Shown here: piece after piece, positions 27,301-39,105 of the stretch
Position numbering within the stretch: position 1 is the stretch's first letter
How the letters are laid out: each line of letters opens with the position of its first letter
Source of the DNA: Guillardia theta CCMP2712
Taxonomy: Eukaryota; Protista; Cryptophyta
Direction: 5' to 3'
DNA: 64,000 nucleotides
Assembly (NCBI RefSeq): GCF_000315625.1
Contig: NW_005434650.1
Coordinates: 338,005-402,004, forward strand
Notes under the pieces: model-generated
What the model saw: the letters and a program-made list of their open reading frames with translations, nothing else
The model's database searches: none
Told to the model about the DNA's origin: nothing
Translations under genes and position numbers: made by a program

Positions 27301-30300
27301 TGGGTCTGTATTGTTTGGGGATGGAATGTCACTTGTTGTAGCGAATACAGAATCAAGATTTCATGTCTTAGCAAGAGATAGTTTCAAAAATACTCTTTGC
27401 AATTTCAACCTTGATTTGCATCTGTCTTTGAGTGTCGGCGGGATAGACGAGCATGAACTTCAACTTCTGCCTGTGAGTGATGGGACTTTTGATGTGTTTT
27501 ATCCTGCTGCAATCTTATCTGGATCACAAAATCTAGTTTTGAGTCAAATGATAGAAAATTCCATAAGTAGCACCTTCTACGATATAGTGACATACAATCC
27601 TATTCTGACAGACAATCATATGAATCAATTGACGAACATTATCATGGAATCAACTTGGACAAGTCTTCGTACGATTGACTGGCTTCAGGCTTACATCATC
27701 AGGTGGCTTGGATTTGTAAGGCCATCTAAAGCAGATGATTACATCTTTTTCCTCAAGCTTCCCTCGGAACAAGACAGAGTCAAGCTCTGGATAGATTCAC
27801 AGCTAAAAATTGACATGTGGAGCAGTCTAAGCAATTTAGAGCTTTCAGCAGATCATGCGTTTCAAACTGCAAATCAATACCGTAGTGTTCAAATTCTGCT
27901 CCGAAAAAACATCTCATCCAATGCAAACGGGACATTTCAATTGCGATGGTATTCTTTGACTTCATCACAGAATTCATCAATCATAATCTACTCCAGAAAA
28001 GAAGTGATAAATTCTTCTGTCCAAGTCCGAGAATCTTGGACACATTGCTGGTCTCAAAATCCTACGTCAATAGGAGGAAGCATCATTATCTGCAGGGGGA
28101 ATGCGTTCAGAGTAGAACGGACTTACCTACTACAGTTTGAGCAAAGTTTGGAGCAACGTACGTTGCCATCACGACCGATCAATGGCACACATGTCTCTTT
28201 TTTGTTGCCTCCCTTCCTGCAACCTTTCGAGTATGTGCAGTTGATTGCACTTCATGATGAGACAGTCGTACAACCAGCAAACGAATGCCAGAATCTTTTA
28301 CAATTTTCAGGTAATTTTGATTCTAGGATTTGAATTCTACTGACATTTGCCAAGGTGTTCTGTTGTCTATCAAACCTAAGAAGAGTTTGACAGGTGGTTT
28401 TGCATCTGTCACAGTGTATGGAATAGGTTTGCAAGCCTCTCCGATCATCCTTGAAATAGTCCGTGGCCCTTCCAGCAATAGTTCTTCCAATTATCTCCCT
28501 GTTGTGCAAGAGCGGTTCGATAATTCCCGTATTTCTTTTTCAGTGCCAGGACCGAAACAGGATCTGTTCTATTTTTCGAGCCTAACTGGAAATGGCTTAT
28601 ATGCTACCTTCTATCAATCAGCAGAATTAGTCCTCCCACGCTCGTCTCGCATCGTTCCTGACATCGATTTTTCATTTGCGTATCGCGAACCCCTTCCCGG
28701 CAGCTTAGAATATGGGGCATCAAGTATTAGATGGTCTGGTTTGTTGAGATCCGATGCTCCAGCTTTGTACACGATACAATTGTCAACATTGGACGTTGAT
28801 GAACGAGTTAGGCTCTGGGTGGACAATGCTTTGCTGATTGACTCATGGGATAGTTTGACAAGCCAAGAGGAAACCGCTCTATTTCGATTTTCTTCGAACA
28901 AATATCATTATGATATTAAGGTAGAATATCAACAAACCAGTGGCAGCTTTGGGCTGAAGCTCTTGTGGAGTACAAATTCGCAAGTGCAAACAATTATCCC
29001 TCACGAGAACCTGTATCCACCTGGTGATTTCCACGAAGCTACAGTAAGTCTGGCCTCTGAAAGACAGGGAATCTTTGCGACATACTACAACCTAGATGGT
29101 CAAGAACCTCTTCATGCAGTTTGGTATCCTGAACCAGTTCTCGATATTTCACTCCAAAAACCTGGAATTGGTGTCATTCGATGGGAAGGATTCTTAAAGC
29201 CGTCATTTTCAGAGGTTTACACATTTACCGTAGCATTGAATGACGCGAGGGATCGAATAGAACTTTGGATAGATCAAGCGATTCTCCTTCGACAGTGGCA
29301 ATCCTTAGACACAGCGGAACCTGAGGGAACCATTTTCTTTGATTCAGCTACTCGCGCCTATCAAATTGAGATATTCTACAAACCAGCACAAGACAAAAGC
29401 TTCTTTGAGTTGTATTGGAAATCGAATTCGCAGATGTACTCAAGAGTGGATAAACAATTCTACATCCCAAGCGTCCCTCAACTGTCTGACGACATGCAGC
29501 GACAAGTGGTAGGAAGTACCGACTTTACGTTTTCAGGTACATAGGATATTGCTTGATTTCTAAATCTTCCTTATGCTCTTTTTTCAGGAACTCCAAGTAT
29601 CACCGCAGTGTCACCTCTCTTTGGGCCAACAACAGGTGGTATTCTGGTCACCGTATATGGATTGAATCTTGGTCCATCAAAGACGATGATCCAAGCTAGA
29701 GTCGGGGGTACAAGCGCCCTTATATCAGCGCAACCCACGCAAGAAGTCTGTAAGCTACGATTGCCATCTGGTGTTGGAAGAAATTTGGAGTTGTACCTCA
29801 ATGTCGACGGGGTTGAAGGTTTTGCAAACCCTCTCTTGAAATTTTCATACTCTTTCCCAAACTTTCAGTCAACAGGAACAAGCACTTTCTGGCCTGGCAA
29901 TCTTGAAAGCAATTTCCCCACCACTGGGTCGGTCAGTTTCACTTTGTCAGGCTCCGGATTTGGGACACAGGACTTCTCAAGCACCTCTCGGTTCGGTCAT
30001 AGCGCTATTGAAGCTTCTAGGTGGACTTCAGATTCGACCATTGTTTCCTTGATTGCTGGAGGCGTTGGAGGAACAACGGAGGGGGTTATCACAGTGGCAA
30101 GGCAATGGAATACCAGGACATTTCTCTTCACCTTCGATCGTCCTTCTCTCTCTGCTTCGCTGCCTTTGAACAGAGCTTCGACGGGTTCGTCAATCTTGAC
30201 GCTCTTTGGAGGAAATTTTTTCTCGAACAACATCTCACCGAAAATTCGATTATTCCCAACTGGGACAGAAAGCAGTTTTTGGATATCTGACTCAGCAATA

Positions 30301-33222
30301 CGTGGTATTACCGCTGCAGCAGGGAGTTCTTCTAAGCAACAAATAGTAACAATTTTGATTCAGCACTCCACTATTTCGGAACAGTTTACCATGGACTTTC
30401 CCCGTGCCTCCAGTCCGAAAAGAGCAAATATTCCCTCAACCGGGTCATCTGCGATAACATTGCAAGGTATGAACATGCGAACTTCTTCTATGACAGCTTC
30501 TGTTTCATGTGGAATGTCAATATCTCAGGCAACCAGATGGCAATCGGATACAAGCTTGATCAGTCTTGGACCATGGCTCTCATTCAACTCGTTGCGTTTG
30601 AGTGTTACCTCTACCCAAAATGTTGGAACATCCACTTCTATGGTATCGCATGACAATTTTGCAGCAAGTGGGATTAGACCTACAAATGGAATTGGAACAG
30701 GAAGTTCTTACATCTCGATCTACGGATCTTCCCTTGTTGGGTTTGCGTTTACCGAATTTGCAAGGGTTGGTTACAGCGCTTGCGAAAGATCTAATTGGTT
30801 AAGCGCTACATCTATTCGTTGTTTCACATCGGCATCAATCTCTTTCTCGCAGAAAGTGATTGTAACAATGGGAGTCTCTGTGGGTTCGAAATCTAGTTCC
30901 CTGTCGTACATCATTCCGAGCCTACAACTCGTCTATCCGATCAACAATCCTCCAGAAGGCAAGATTCTTTGTACTGTCGAGGGCGAATTTTTTGGGATGT
31001 TTGACGATTCCCAGCAAGGCAGGCTAGGTGGTTCTTCCTGCGAGCGGTCCGTTTGGAAAGCAGACACATCACTATACTGCAAATCTCCCGCCGGAATCCA
31101 GGGTACTAGGCAAATAGTTGTTTCATCTGGGATCCAAGATGGTAGTAGAACTGAAATTTTCTCTTATGATATAGAGGGAATCACAAAGACCATTTCTGCG
31201 AACCTTGCTACCACTGGTTCTGTAAGATTCACAATTTTAGGATACAATTTTGGGTTTCAAGATTATACGCAACGAAAGCGGGTTGGATTTTCTGCAACGG
31301 AAATAACTGTGTGGACGTCAGACTCCTCGGTAGCTTCGTTGAGTCCAAGTGGAATTAAACGAAGTCATTCGTTGACTCTGACAGTAGGAGAGCAGATTCG
31401 AAGACTGACAAATACACGAATAGTCACTTATGATCAGCCCAGTGTCAGTACTATGAAAAGGGCAAATTTGCCCTCAACTTCGTCTATCCTCTTGACTGTT
31501 CTTGGTGCAAATCTAGCTAATGCAGCATACAGCACAAACGTACGACATGCAACAACAAGTTGCGAAGAGACTGTGTGGTTCTCAGACACATCCACAATAG
31601 GAAGAAATGCAGCAAATGCACAGTTCACAAGATTGATTCTGATGACAACAGGTAGCGAGGTTGGAACCACCACTCAAATTTGCAGCATAGATACTGTAAT
31701 CATCACTACAAGCACAAAGATCAACACACCGTCCACTGGCGCGATAATAATGACTGTGGCAATAAGGATACAAACTACTTATGACATTTCCGAAAAACTA
31801 AGAATCCATCACACGGCAACCTCAGCAAGTCAATGGATTTCACAAACAAGCGTGAGGTGTCAGACAGCGGCGGGGGCAGGAGGGACGGGGCGGGTAGCGG
31901 TGACGGTAGGAGAGAGGGAGGGGAGCGGGACGGAGGCTTGGTCAGCAGACGCGGGGACGGGGAGCGGGGCGGGGCGAGGGAACGGGGCGGGGACCGGGAG
32001 CTGGAGCATGACGGTACAGGGCGGGGGGCTAGGGCTCGGGGACTACTCGGGAGAGGGGCGGGAGGGAGGCACGGGGTGCGAGGGGACAGAGTGGGAGTCG
32101 GAGACGAGCGTGAGGTGTCAGACAGCGGCGGGGGCAGGAGGGACGGGGCGGGTAGCGGTGACGGTAGGAGAGAGGGAGGGGAGCTTGACGGAGGCTTGGT
32201 CAGCAGACGCGGGGACGGGGAGCGGGACAGAGCGAGGGAACGGGGCGGGGACCGGGAGCTGGAGCATGACGTCATTTGGATCAGGTTTCGGCTTGTTTTC
32301 ATCTTCTTTGGCCATTCGTGCTGGGTTTTCGTCATCGCTTTCATCGTTTTGGCTGAGCGATTCTTCTGTGCGATGTTTGACAAGTGTTGGTCAAGGGTCA
32401 AGTTTGTCTTTTTTGGTCTCATCTGCTGGTTTGTCACAGACGTTGTCTGATCTTATTTCATTTGACATTGCTGTTGTATCTTCCGGAGCTCCTTTGAATT
32501 CTCCTGCTGTTGGTGGTTCTGTGGGCACTGTGTTTGGTGGCATATTTCATTTTTCCAGCGCTACTCGTTACGGATCTACAGGATCCGAAAGAACTGTTTG
32601 GCTATCAGACTCTGCTTTAGTATCCGTGGCTGGGAGTGGTGTGGGTGGGAACCTCACAATTTATGCTACATGTTCCGTCCTTTGGGGCTCGCTATCAGAG
32701 AGTTTCACTTTTGATTCTCCCATTTCTGCCATCAAACCTTCGAACAGACCAGTGATTTCCTCTACAGGTTTCATCACTTCCGTCTTCGGAAAGGATTTCG
32801 GATCATATTCGGTATGCGCAGCTGCTAGCACCGGTAGTACGGTTTCAGAATCTACACTGTGGCTGTCAGATTCTGTCGTGCTGAGTCGATTAGCATCCGG
32901 TGTCGGGTCGTCGATTCTTGTTTCAGTGTCAGTCGAAAATCTAGTGGATAGCTTGAGCCAAGCCTTATCCTTTGACAATCCACGAATTCAAACTTTGCGA
33001 ATGGCAGCGAATTCAACCATCCTAGCTGAGGCTTGGAATCTTGGAATCTATGATAGCTCCACAAAAATGCGCATTGGTCACACGTCCTGCAGACATACTA
33101 AGTGGATCTCAGATTCTTCGCTCTTATGTGGGCTACCGAACGAGCTCCCTGGGCAATTGAAGGTTGTCCTCACTTGTTCACAACAAGCTGGAACAAACCT
33201 AATATTCAGCTCAATTGCATGA
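18353..33222 (+). CDS. Giant (~4,800 aa) putative secreted or surface protein: alternating PA14-like and filamin-like domains, IPT/TIG domains, and C-terminal ~86-aa repeats
   Basis: Co-oriented ORFs separated by ~40-60 bp GT-AG gaps; hydrophobic N-terminus (VILIWSLLAVL); ~13 copies of the PA14-like RWxG..P....YTF......R..LW.D...IDQW; filamin-like GxGL..AT.G....F....RD.FGN; IPT-like AVSPLFGPTTGG..VTVYG.NLG; repeated W.SD.S..C units. Confidence 0.75.
31849..32271 (+). repeat. 258-bp (86-codon) G-rich tandem duplication, ~1.6 copies, in frame
   Basis: CGTGAGGTGTCAGACAGCGGCG... recurs at 31851 and 32109. Confidence 0.92.
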
Positions 33223-33589
33223 ATATGCTAGCACGAAAAAAGCCATTCGATGGCGATTAGGACTACGAATCTCAAGAGGAGGCTTAGAGTTAGTATTCCA
33301 ATGCACCAATACGCTTTGTGCATGTTATTAAATCTTCTTCATGTGTATGTTGCCATGAAACATAATTAATGTTGGACTTAGTAGGAGCTGAATGCGCGTA
33401 ACATGTAACATCACAGATATGACGATTCCTATGAAGCTCCTTGTGACGGGCGCATTCCCTTCCTGTGATCACACTTGAGTAAAATCTTCGATATCCGACT
33501 AACATCACTTGACCCTCAACTCTCGGTTGACCCGCAACCTACGTAATTCTCAAGTCAACATAGCTATATATTAATACCAGGCTGTTACA

Positions 33590-36271
33590 TTCCCCATAAA
33601 TTGTCATTCAAGCTTCCCAACTGCATTGAAACAGTCATGATCCACGCATTTCGAAAGACATACGAATGCCTGATCTTTGAGTTTGAGATTCTCAAGCGAA
33701 ATGGAGTCAATCGTCTGTCTGCAGGCAGCATTTCAAAATAACTTGCAGGTCGAAAAAGCGGAAAATTACGCTTGCTCATCAGATTTCGCCTCAAATTCAA
33801 GCTTCAAGCAGGTAACTTCTGCAATTTGCCTCCTCAACGATGCTTCCCGCTGGTCAAATTTCATCAACTATGCAAAAGAAGATACTCATCTGAATCACCC
33901 GATTTTGTTCTTCTATCTCTTTTTCTCGCATTTCCAGTCTCTGTAGAAATGATGATTTTGTGGTAATCACAGTAGTGTTCTACCTCACGAAGTGCAGTGA
34001 ATTCCCTCTCCCTTTGTCAGTAGTCAAGCAAGGATGATTGATGAAACAGAGCATAAGAAACGTACTTAGCTTGAAGTTGCTTGGTCATCCTTGTAAGCTC
34101 ACCATGCTGCCCACAATCAATTCAACCACAGACAAAGGAACAACATACCACTTGGTTTTGTTCGACTGCCTTTGTCTCAGCCAAGTTCTTGGTTTGGATT
34201 GCATCACCAAAACGGAGTTTGCCTTGTTTCAGCACAAAAATACCTTGTAGTAATCCCTTGATTGGGTGATTGATTCAATATCTTAAACATGAAAATCAAA
34301 CCCTATACAGATGAGGAGAGAAAACGAAGACGACCTACCATTCTTGAGAACCGACACGACGTCTCTATGCATTCTGATTGGAATATCAAAGTCGTCATCC
34401 CCAGCAATCATAGATAACATTTTGCAGTTAACAGGCAATTAAGAGGGAATGATTACCTCGTCAGGGATTCGATGGTCTCATCATGTCTGTTGTTCATCTC
34501 ATCAATATTCTACAAACCATTTTTCATCTGCAAGATCCACAAGCAAAACCGAGGAAAGGACCTTTTGATTCGATGCTTTGATCCTGGAAATGTCATCTCG
34601 AAGCTACACCAGACCAGAATGCTTTAGCAAAAGCAGGATTCGGGTTTTTTTTACCTGCAATTTGATAGTTTCATTTTCTCTCATGGCCGTCTACTTTGGA
34701 ATCAGAATTCAATTAAGTCTGTGAAGCATATAACACCTTCCAATCGACTTCAATAGTGTTCTTCAAAGTTTCGCAATTTATGATGAGATCCTGATAAAAA
34801 ACTTACTGGCATCAAAATCGTTGTTATGTCTACCTGTTTTTCTTGTCGCTCTTTCTCCAACATTTGCTGATCAAAATAATTCATTGAAGAAACATGGGAG
34901 GGCTGTTGATACCGTAGTGAAGCTCAACTTCTCTTGAATTGCTGACAACTCATCACATTTGGCATCCAAATCACACTGCACTGAGTCATAACACGAAAAA
35001 GACATGCTCCAACTCGCCTGGATGTGTTTAACTTTTGATCGCAACAGATCAACTTCTTTCTCTGGGTTATCTAAGAAGCTGCACCCGAATTGAGACAGTT
35101 CTCACCATATTTCCTTGCATTCCTGACATTTTCTTGGTGTATCTCATTATCTTTTTCCCAGCGAATTTGACCCTGCCTGATACCATAACATTAAAAAATG
35201 GATTTAGATCATTTCTCATACTTCAATTCGACTTCAATCTCGCTGCACCTTGCTTCTGATTCCAGCAGCTGCAAACAGATAATCTGATCACATGACACCC
35301 CGTCAACCAACAAAAGTCAAAACTTTTTCATTAGCTCTGCTGAGGCGCCGGTGCAATGCATCATTCTCTTCAGTGAGATTCTATCCAAAATGCTCAAAAT
35401 TCAGACATTCAGAGCCCTGAGAGCTTTTAGGGATCGCACTTGGACTGTCTCGTGCACGTTTCGTCTGGCGCCAACAGCTTCTTTGAAATAAGATTCCTTG
35501 AGTTCTCCCTTCGAAAAACATGAGTTATTTGAGGACCAATGTTCAACCCCCTGCGTGCCCTGTATAAGAGAAAAGTACCTCCGCTTCTAACTCTCTTCGA
35601 AGTTTCTTGTTTTCGAGGATCAATCGATCTGATTGCTAAGATGTTGCAAGCAGAATGATGTCAAAAGCAATAATAACAACATCAGAAACTCTCAGACCCT
35701 CTGCATGTCCTCCAGCGAATTCTGAGAATAGTTAAACAGTTCACAATATGATGTTGTTTCACCTGCAGTCTCTCGATCTCTTTGGAATGAAATGACGTCA
35801 ACATGCTGAGTCGCCCCTGCAGCACATGAGCTTGATTGCTATCATTCTTGATGCTTCTACTTCAGAAAGCGGCGATCTGATTTCGATTCTTTCCGCTGTG
35901 ATCAAAAAGTATTATTCTGTTTCGTTTCTTTAAAACTGAATGAATCTACCGGGAGAAGTGCTTCTGTTGGAATTCGAAGAATGGAAACTCGAGTGAATCT
36001 TCCAGCACAACTTGTTTGTCAATGCACAGCCACAGGGTTTGAAGGAACCTCACGTTTTTGACTCTTCATTGCTGACATTGGTGGTGTAGTCATGGGGGCT
36101 ATGTACCAGTCAAGTCATAGGAAAGCATGGACCGATGGGAGACCTCGTTGAAAACTTCCCAAGGACTCTCAGGATTCTTTCAGCCTCCTGCAGGACACAC
36201 TCAGCGGATGATGTCTCCAGCCATCTTCTTGTACCTCCACTGAGCTCTCCATGCTCCCTCCTCGCCGCATT
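33590..36271 (-). CDS. Hypothetical coiled-coil protein with many tiny exons; boundaries approximate
   Basis: Regularly spaced minus-strand splice signals (plus-strand TACC/CACC...CTG) and E/K/L-rich short exons, e.g. MESSVE|EAERILRVLG and ILENKKLRRELEAE. Confidence 0.45.
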
Positions 36272-36782
36272 TCTTCTGTGTTTGACCCAAGGCCCTCGTC
36301 CCCTCGCAGTCTGCCCGCAGCTGAGGCAGACCAGGAGGCAGACCGTGCTTGGAGTCAGACCCACTGGAGACCTGAGTCCAACGGTGCCCGAGTCAGTATG
36401 ACCAGCCCGACGCCGGACTCATCGATCAGTTCGATATATGTCGAAAGACGTTTGTTCAGAAAATGATCAGAAAACTCGTTTTCAAGTCCTCACATAGAAG
36501 TTTCTTTCTCTGCCCTTGGATGTTCAGCGCAGCAGTGATGTCACGAAATCGAGTTTTGAGTAAAGCCGCCCTGAGCGGAAACCGCTACTTGAACCACACG
36601 AGCGGCTGCACGCACGACGAGGAGGGGAACAAGGATCATGTGAGACAGCAGCAGCGCAGGCCGCTCCTGCGAGGAGACAGCAAGACCCATGCGAGCTCGA
36701 TATCAAATGCTTTAGTCAATGAGCCTGATGGTTTCGTGAGGCGGACTCACTAGGTATATTGCGTAGGGCCGAGTGTGGTGCA

Positions 36783-38897
36783 ATGCCTGGTCAAGGAGAG
36801 GAGAAGCGACGGAGGGCTTGGGGTGCTCGTGCATGCGAGGCTGGGACAACCAGTGGAGCTTCATCTCACTTGCTGTCTCCATCTCATGGCTCGAAGACTT
36901 CAACTTCACCTGTATCAGGAGACTCTGGGTCTTCCCAGTCATGCCCGCAAACCCAACTTTGTTCCGGATTTCAAGGGGATCACGAATCATCAAATCAATC
37001 TTCGTCAGCCATGACACCTGCAGGGAAATCAGATGACGCGAAGAGATGTCCCGAGCTCATGGATTCGCTAAAACAAGGTTTATACTTCGCTCAACAGAAG
37101 TTGAACAGCCTAGAACGCAAACATTCTTTGTTGAAATTCGATGTAAACGACGTCTGCAAAGATTTTTCAATGAATACAGCTCGGATCAAAGTTTTGAATT
37201 CACGAGTAAATGCAGCTTATCGCGAGGAAGAGAAAAAATGGAATCGTTGCTTAGCAAATGCTGTAAAGAGAGCTGACGATTTCCAAATCAAAAACAAAGA
37301 ATTGCACGAAACAATCCAAGACTTACAATTACGATTATCTCTGAAGGAAGACGAGTATAAAGAAGTGGTTTCAGAACGGGAGGTTCTACGAAAGAGCCTT
37401 CGAAGTTTGCAAAGGGAGCAAATGGCATCGAACGACCAAACTAACAGGGTGAGACGGCACTCACTTTCGATTGTTGAGAACATGAACTTGGCCAAGGGGC
37501 TTATCCTTGACGTCGGTATTTTCATTCAAGAAGACATGAAAGCATGTATTCATGAGTTGAATGATCTTGTCGAGGATTTCAAGAAAGAAGGTGTGGATAC
37601 TAGCATGCCGTTAGTCAAGAGCATGTCTAACACAAGCAGCGAGAAAGAATCAGATCTTGACATATCTCATGAAATACAAAGAACGCATCAAGTATGCATT
37701 TACATCACGGACATCAAAGGGGATATGCAAAGGTTCAGGAGGACAATTGCTGCCTCGATGTATGTGAATTTTATGGACAAGGAACAAATGGAGCTGACTA
37801 TTGACGAGGGCGCACAATTAGTGTATGGTGGGAATGCTTTTCATTCAGAATCAAAGAGTCTTGAATTTGTGAAATGCATCCTATCAATCAAGCAACGATA
37901 TCCACAACAAGTTCACTTGCTCCTCGGACACGATGACCTGAAGCTTCTGAAAAATCAACTTGTTCACAGCGACGAGCGATATTTTCTCTTGCACGATTAC
38001 TTGAAGTTTGCAGACGTTGGTTATCGTTTTGGAGAAACATTGTTTCTGAATTGCAAAGTCACTTCCAAGATTGCTGGAATTGTTCCAGGTCACCATGTGA
38101 ATAGTTTGGGTCCACATGAGTGGATCAAGGAATTGAATTCGTGGGTGAACAATGAAATATCGGAGGTCTTTGAACAACATAAATCAGTCGTGAGCAGGGG
38201 TTCAATAGTTGAACGACTCTCGTCCTTCTTATATACAGAGGGTTCTACACATGAGATGCTTCGTATTCCTCGATCGACGCAAATATACTTTGTTCAGGGT
38301 GGTATTACAACGCTCATTGGAGTCAGCCCGGTTAATATTCATTTTCCATGGGCTCCTGATCAAAGCTTGCTCTGTGGTATCTTTGCGCCTAATTTACACT
38401 GGGGAAATTCGAGATTTGCAATCAGGTTGGAATGGAATGGTTTGCCCACATTACTCGGAACAACACCTGACGAGAAGGAATTCGCTTTCGAAATCGATGT
38501 AGAGGGAAATTCCATCGGTGCAGGTGACTACCACGGGAAACAATTGCCTGACGGGAGATGCATCTTTGCGTCAGAGAGGGACAGAGAGGGTCAGAGACGA
38601 TTTCTGGTCACCACGATACCATCGGAGGAAGATCTTTTGCGGAATCAGCTGCCAAAGACTGATACAATCGAGGCAGAGCTCCTGAATCTATTGTCTGACC
38701 CACGACTAGCTGAGGAGCGATCAGCTGAATGGACCGATAAGAATACTCTTAGTGAAATGCAGCAAGACGTACGGTCTTCGCTGAATTCTGCCCACACTGA
38801 AATGTTTGGTAGGAATCGAATAGATTACCAGAAGAAAGTACGATCATTCCGTCGCAAGAATTCCAGAAACAACTTAAAGCCAAAAATGATCAGGTGA
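36783..38897 (+). CDS. Coiled-coil plus degenerate calcineurin-like metallophosphoesterase-domain protein; a short last exon may follow
   Basis: ~700-aa ORF; motifs YITDIKGD, LVYGGNAFH and KQRYPQQVHLLLGHDD occur in metallophosphoesterase order. Confidence 0.6.
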   Translation: MPGQGEEKRRRAWGARACEAGTTSGASSHLLSPSHGSKTSTSPVSGDSGSSQSCPQTQLCSGFQGDHESSNQSSSAMTPAGKSDDAKRCPELMDSLKQGLYFAQQKLNSLERKHSLLKFDVNDVCKDFSMNTARIKVLNSRVNAAYREEEKKWNRCLANAVKRADDFQIKNKELHETIQDLQLRLSLKEDEYKEVVSEREVLRKSLRSLQREQMASNDQTNRVRRHSLSIVENMNLAKGLILDVGIFIQEDMKACIHELNDLVEDFKKEGVDTSMPLVKSMSNTSSEKESDLDISHEIQRTHQVCIYITDIKGDMQRFRRTIAASMYVNFMDKEQMELTIDEGAQLVYGGNAFHSESKSLEFVKCILSIKQRYPQQVHLLLGHDDLKLLKNQLVHSDERYFLLHDYLKFADVGYRFGETLFLNCKVTSKIAGIVPGHHVNSLGPHEWIKELNSWVNNEISEVFEQHKSVVSRGSIVERLSSFLYTEGSTHEMLRIPRSTQIYFVQGGITTLIGVSPVNIHFPWAPDQSLLCGIFAPNLHWGNSRFAIRLEWNGLPTLLGTTPDEKEFAFEIDVEGNSIGAGDYHGKQLPDGRCIFASERDREGQRRFLVTTIPSEEDLLRNQLPKTDTIEAELLNLLSDPRLAEERSAEWTDKNTLSEMQQDVRSSLNSAHTEMFGRNRIDYQKKVRSFRRKNSRNNLKPKMIR

Positions 38898-39105
38898 ACC
38901 AAAACCCAAGTTATTTTGCTGGACTCACCGCTACCTGATACTTTGACAGATCGAATTATTGGCCCGGCAACTTGAAGAAATCATGCTCAAGCTTTAAAAT
39001 GGCAATCTAAAGAAATATTCTTTTCCTTGCAACATTTTGTGTTTATTCAATTCTCATCGAATCACTTTTGGATATCACCACTCCAACCTGCAATGAATAA
39101 GAGCT

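Noticed and set aside
31775-32450. Overlapping 220-aa (-) and 205-aa (+) ORFs
   Set aside because: By-products of the G-rich repeat; the main frame continues the repeat family on both sides
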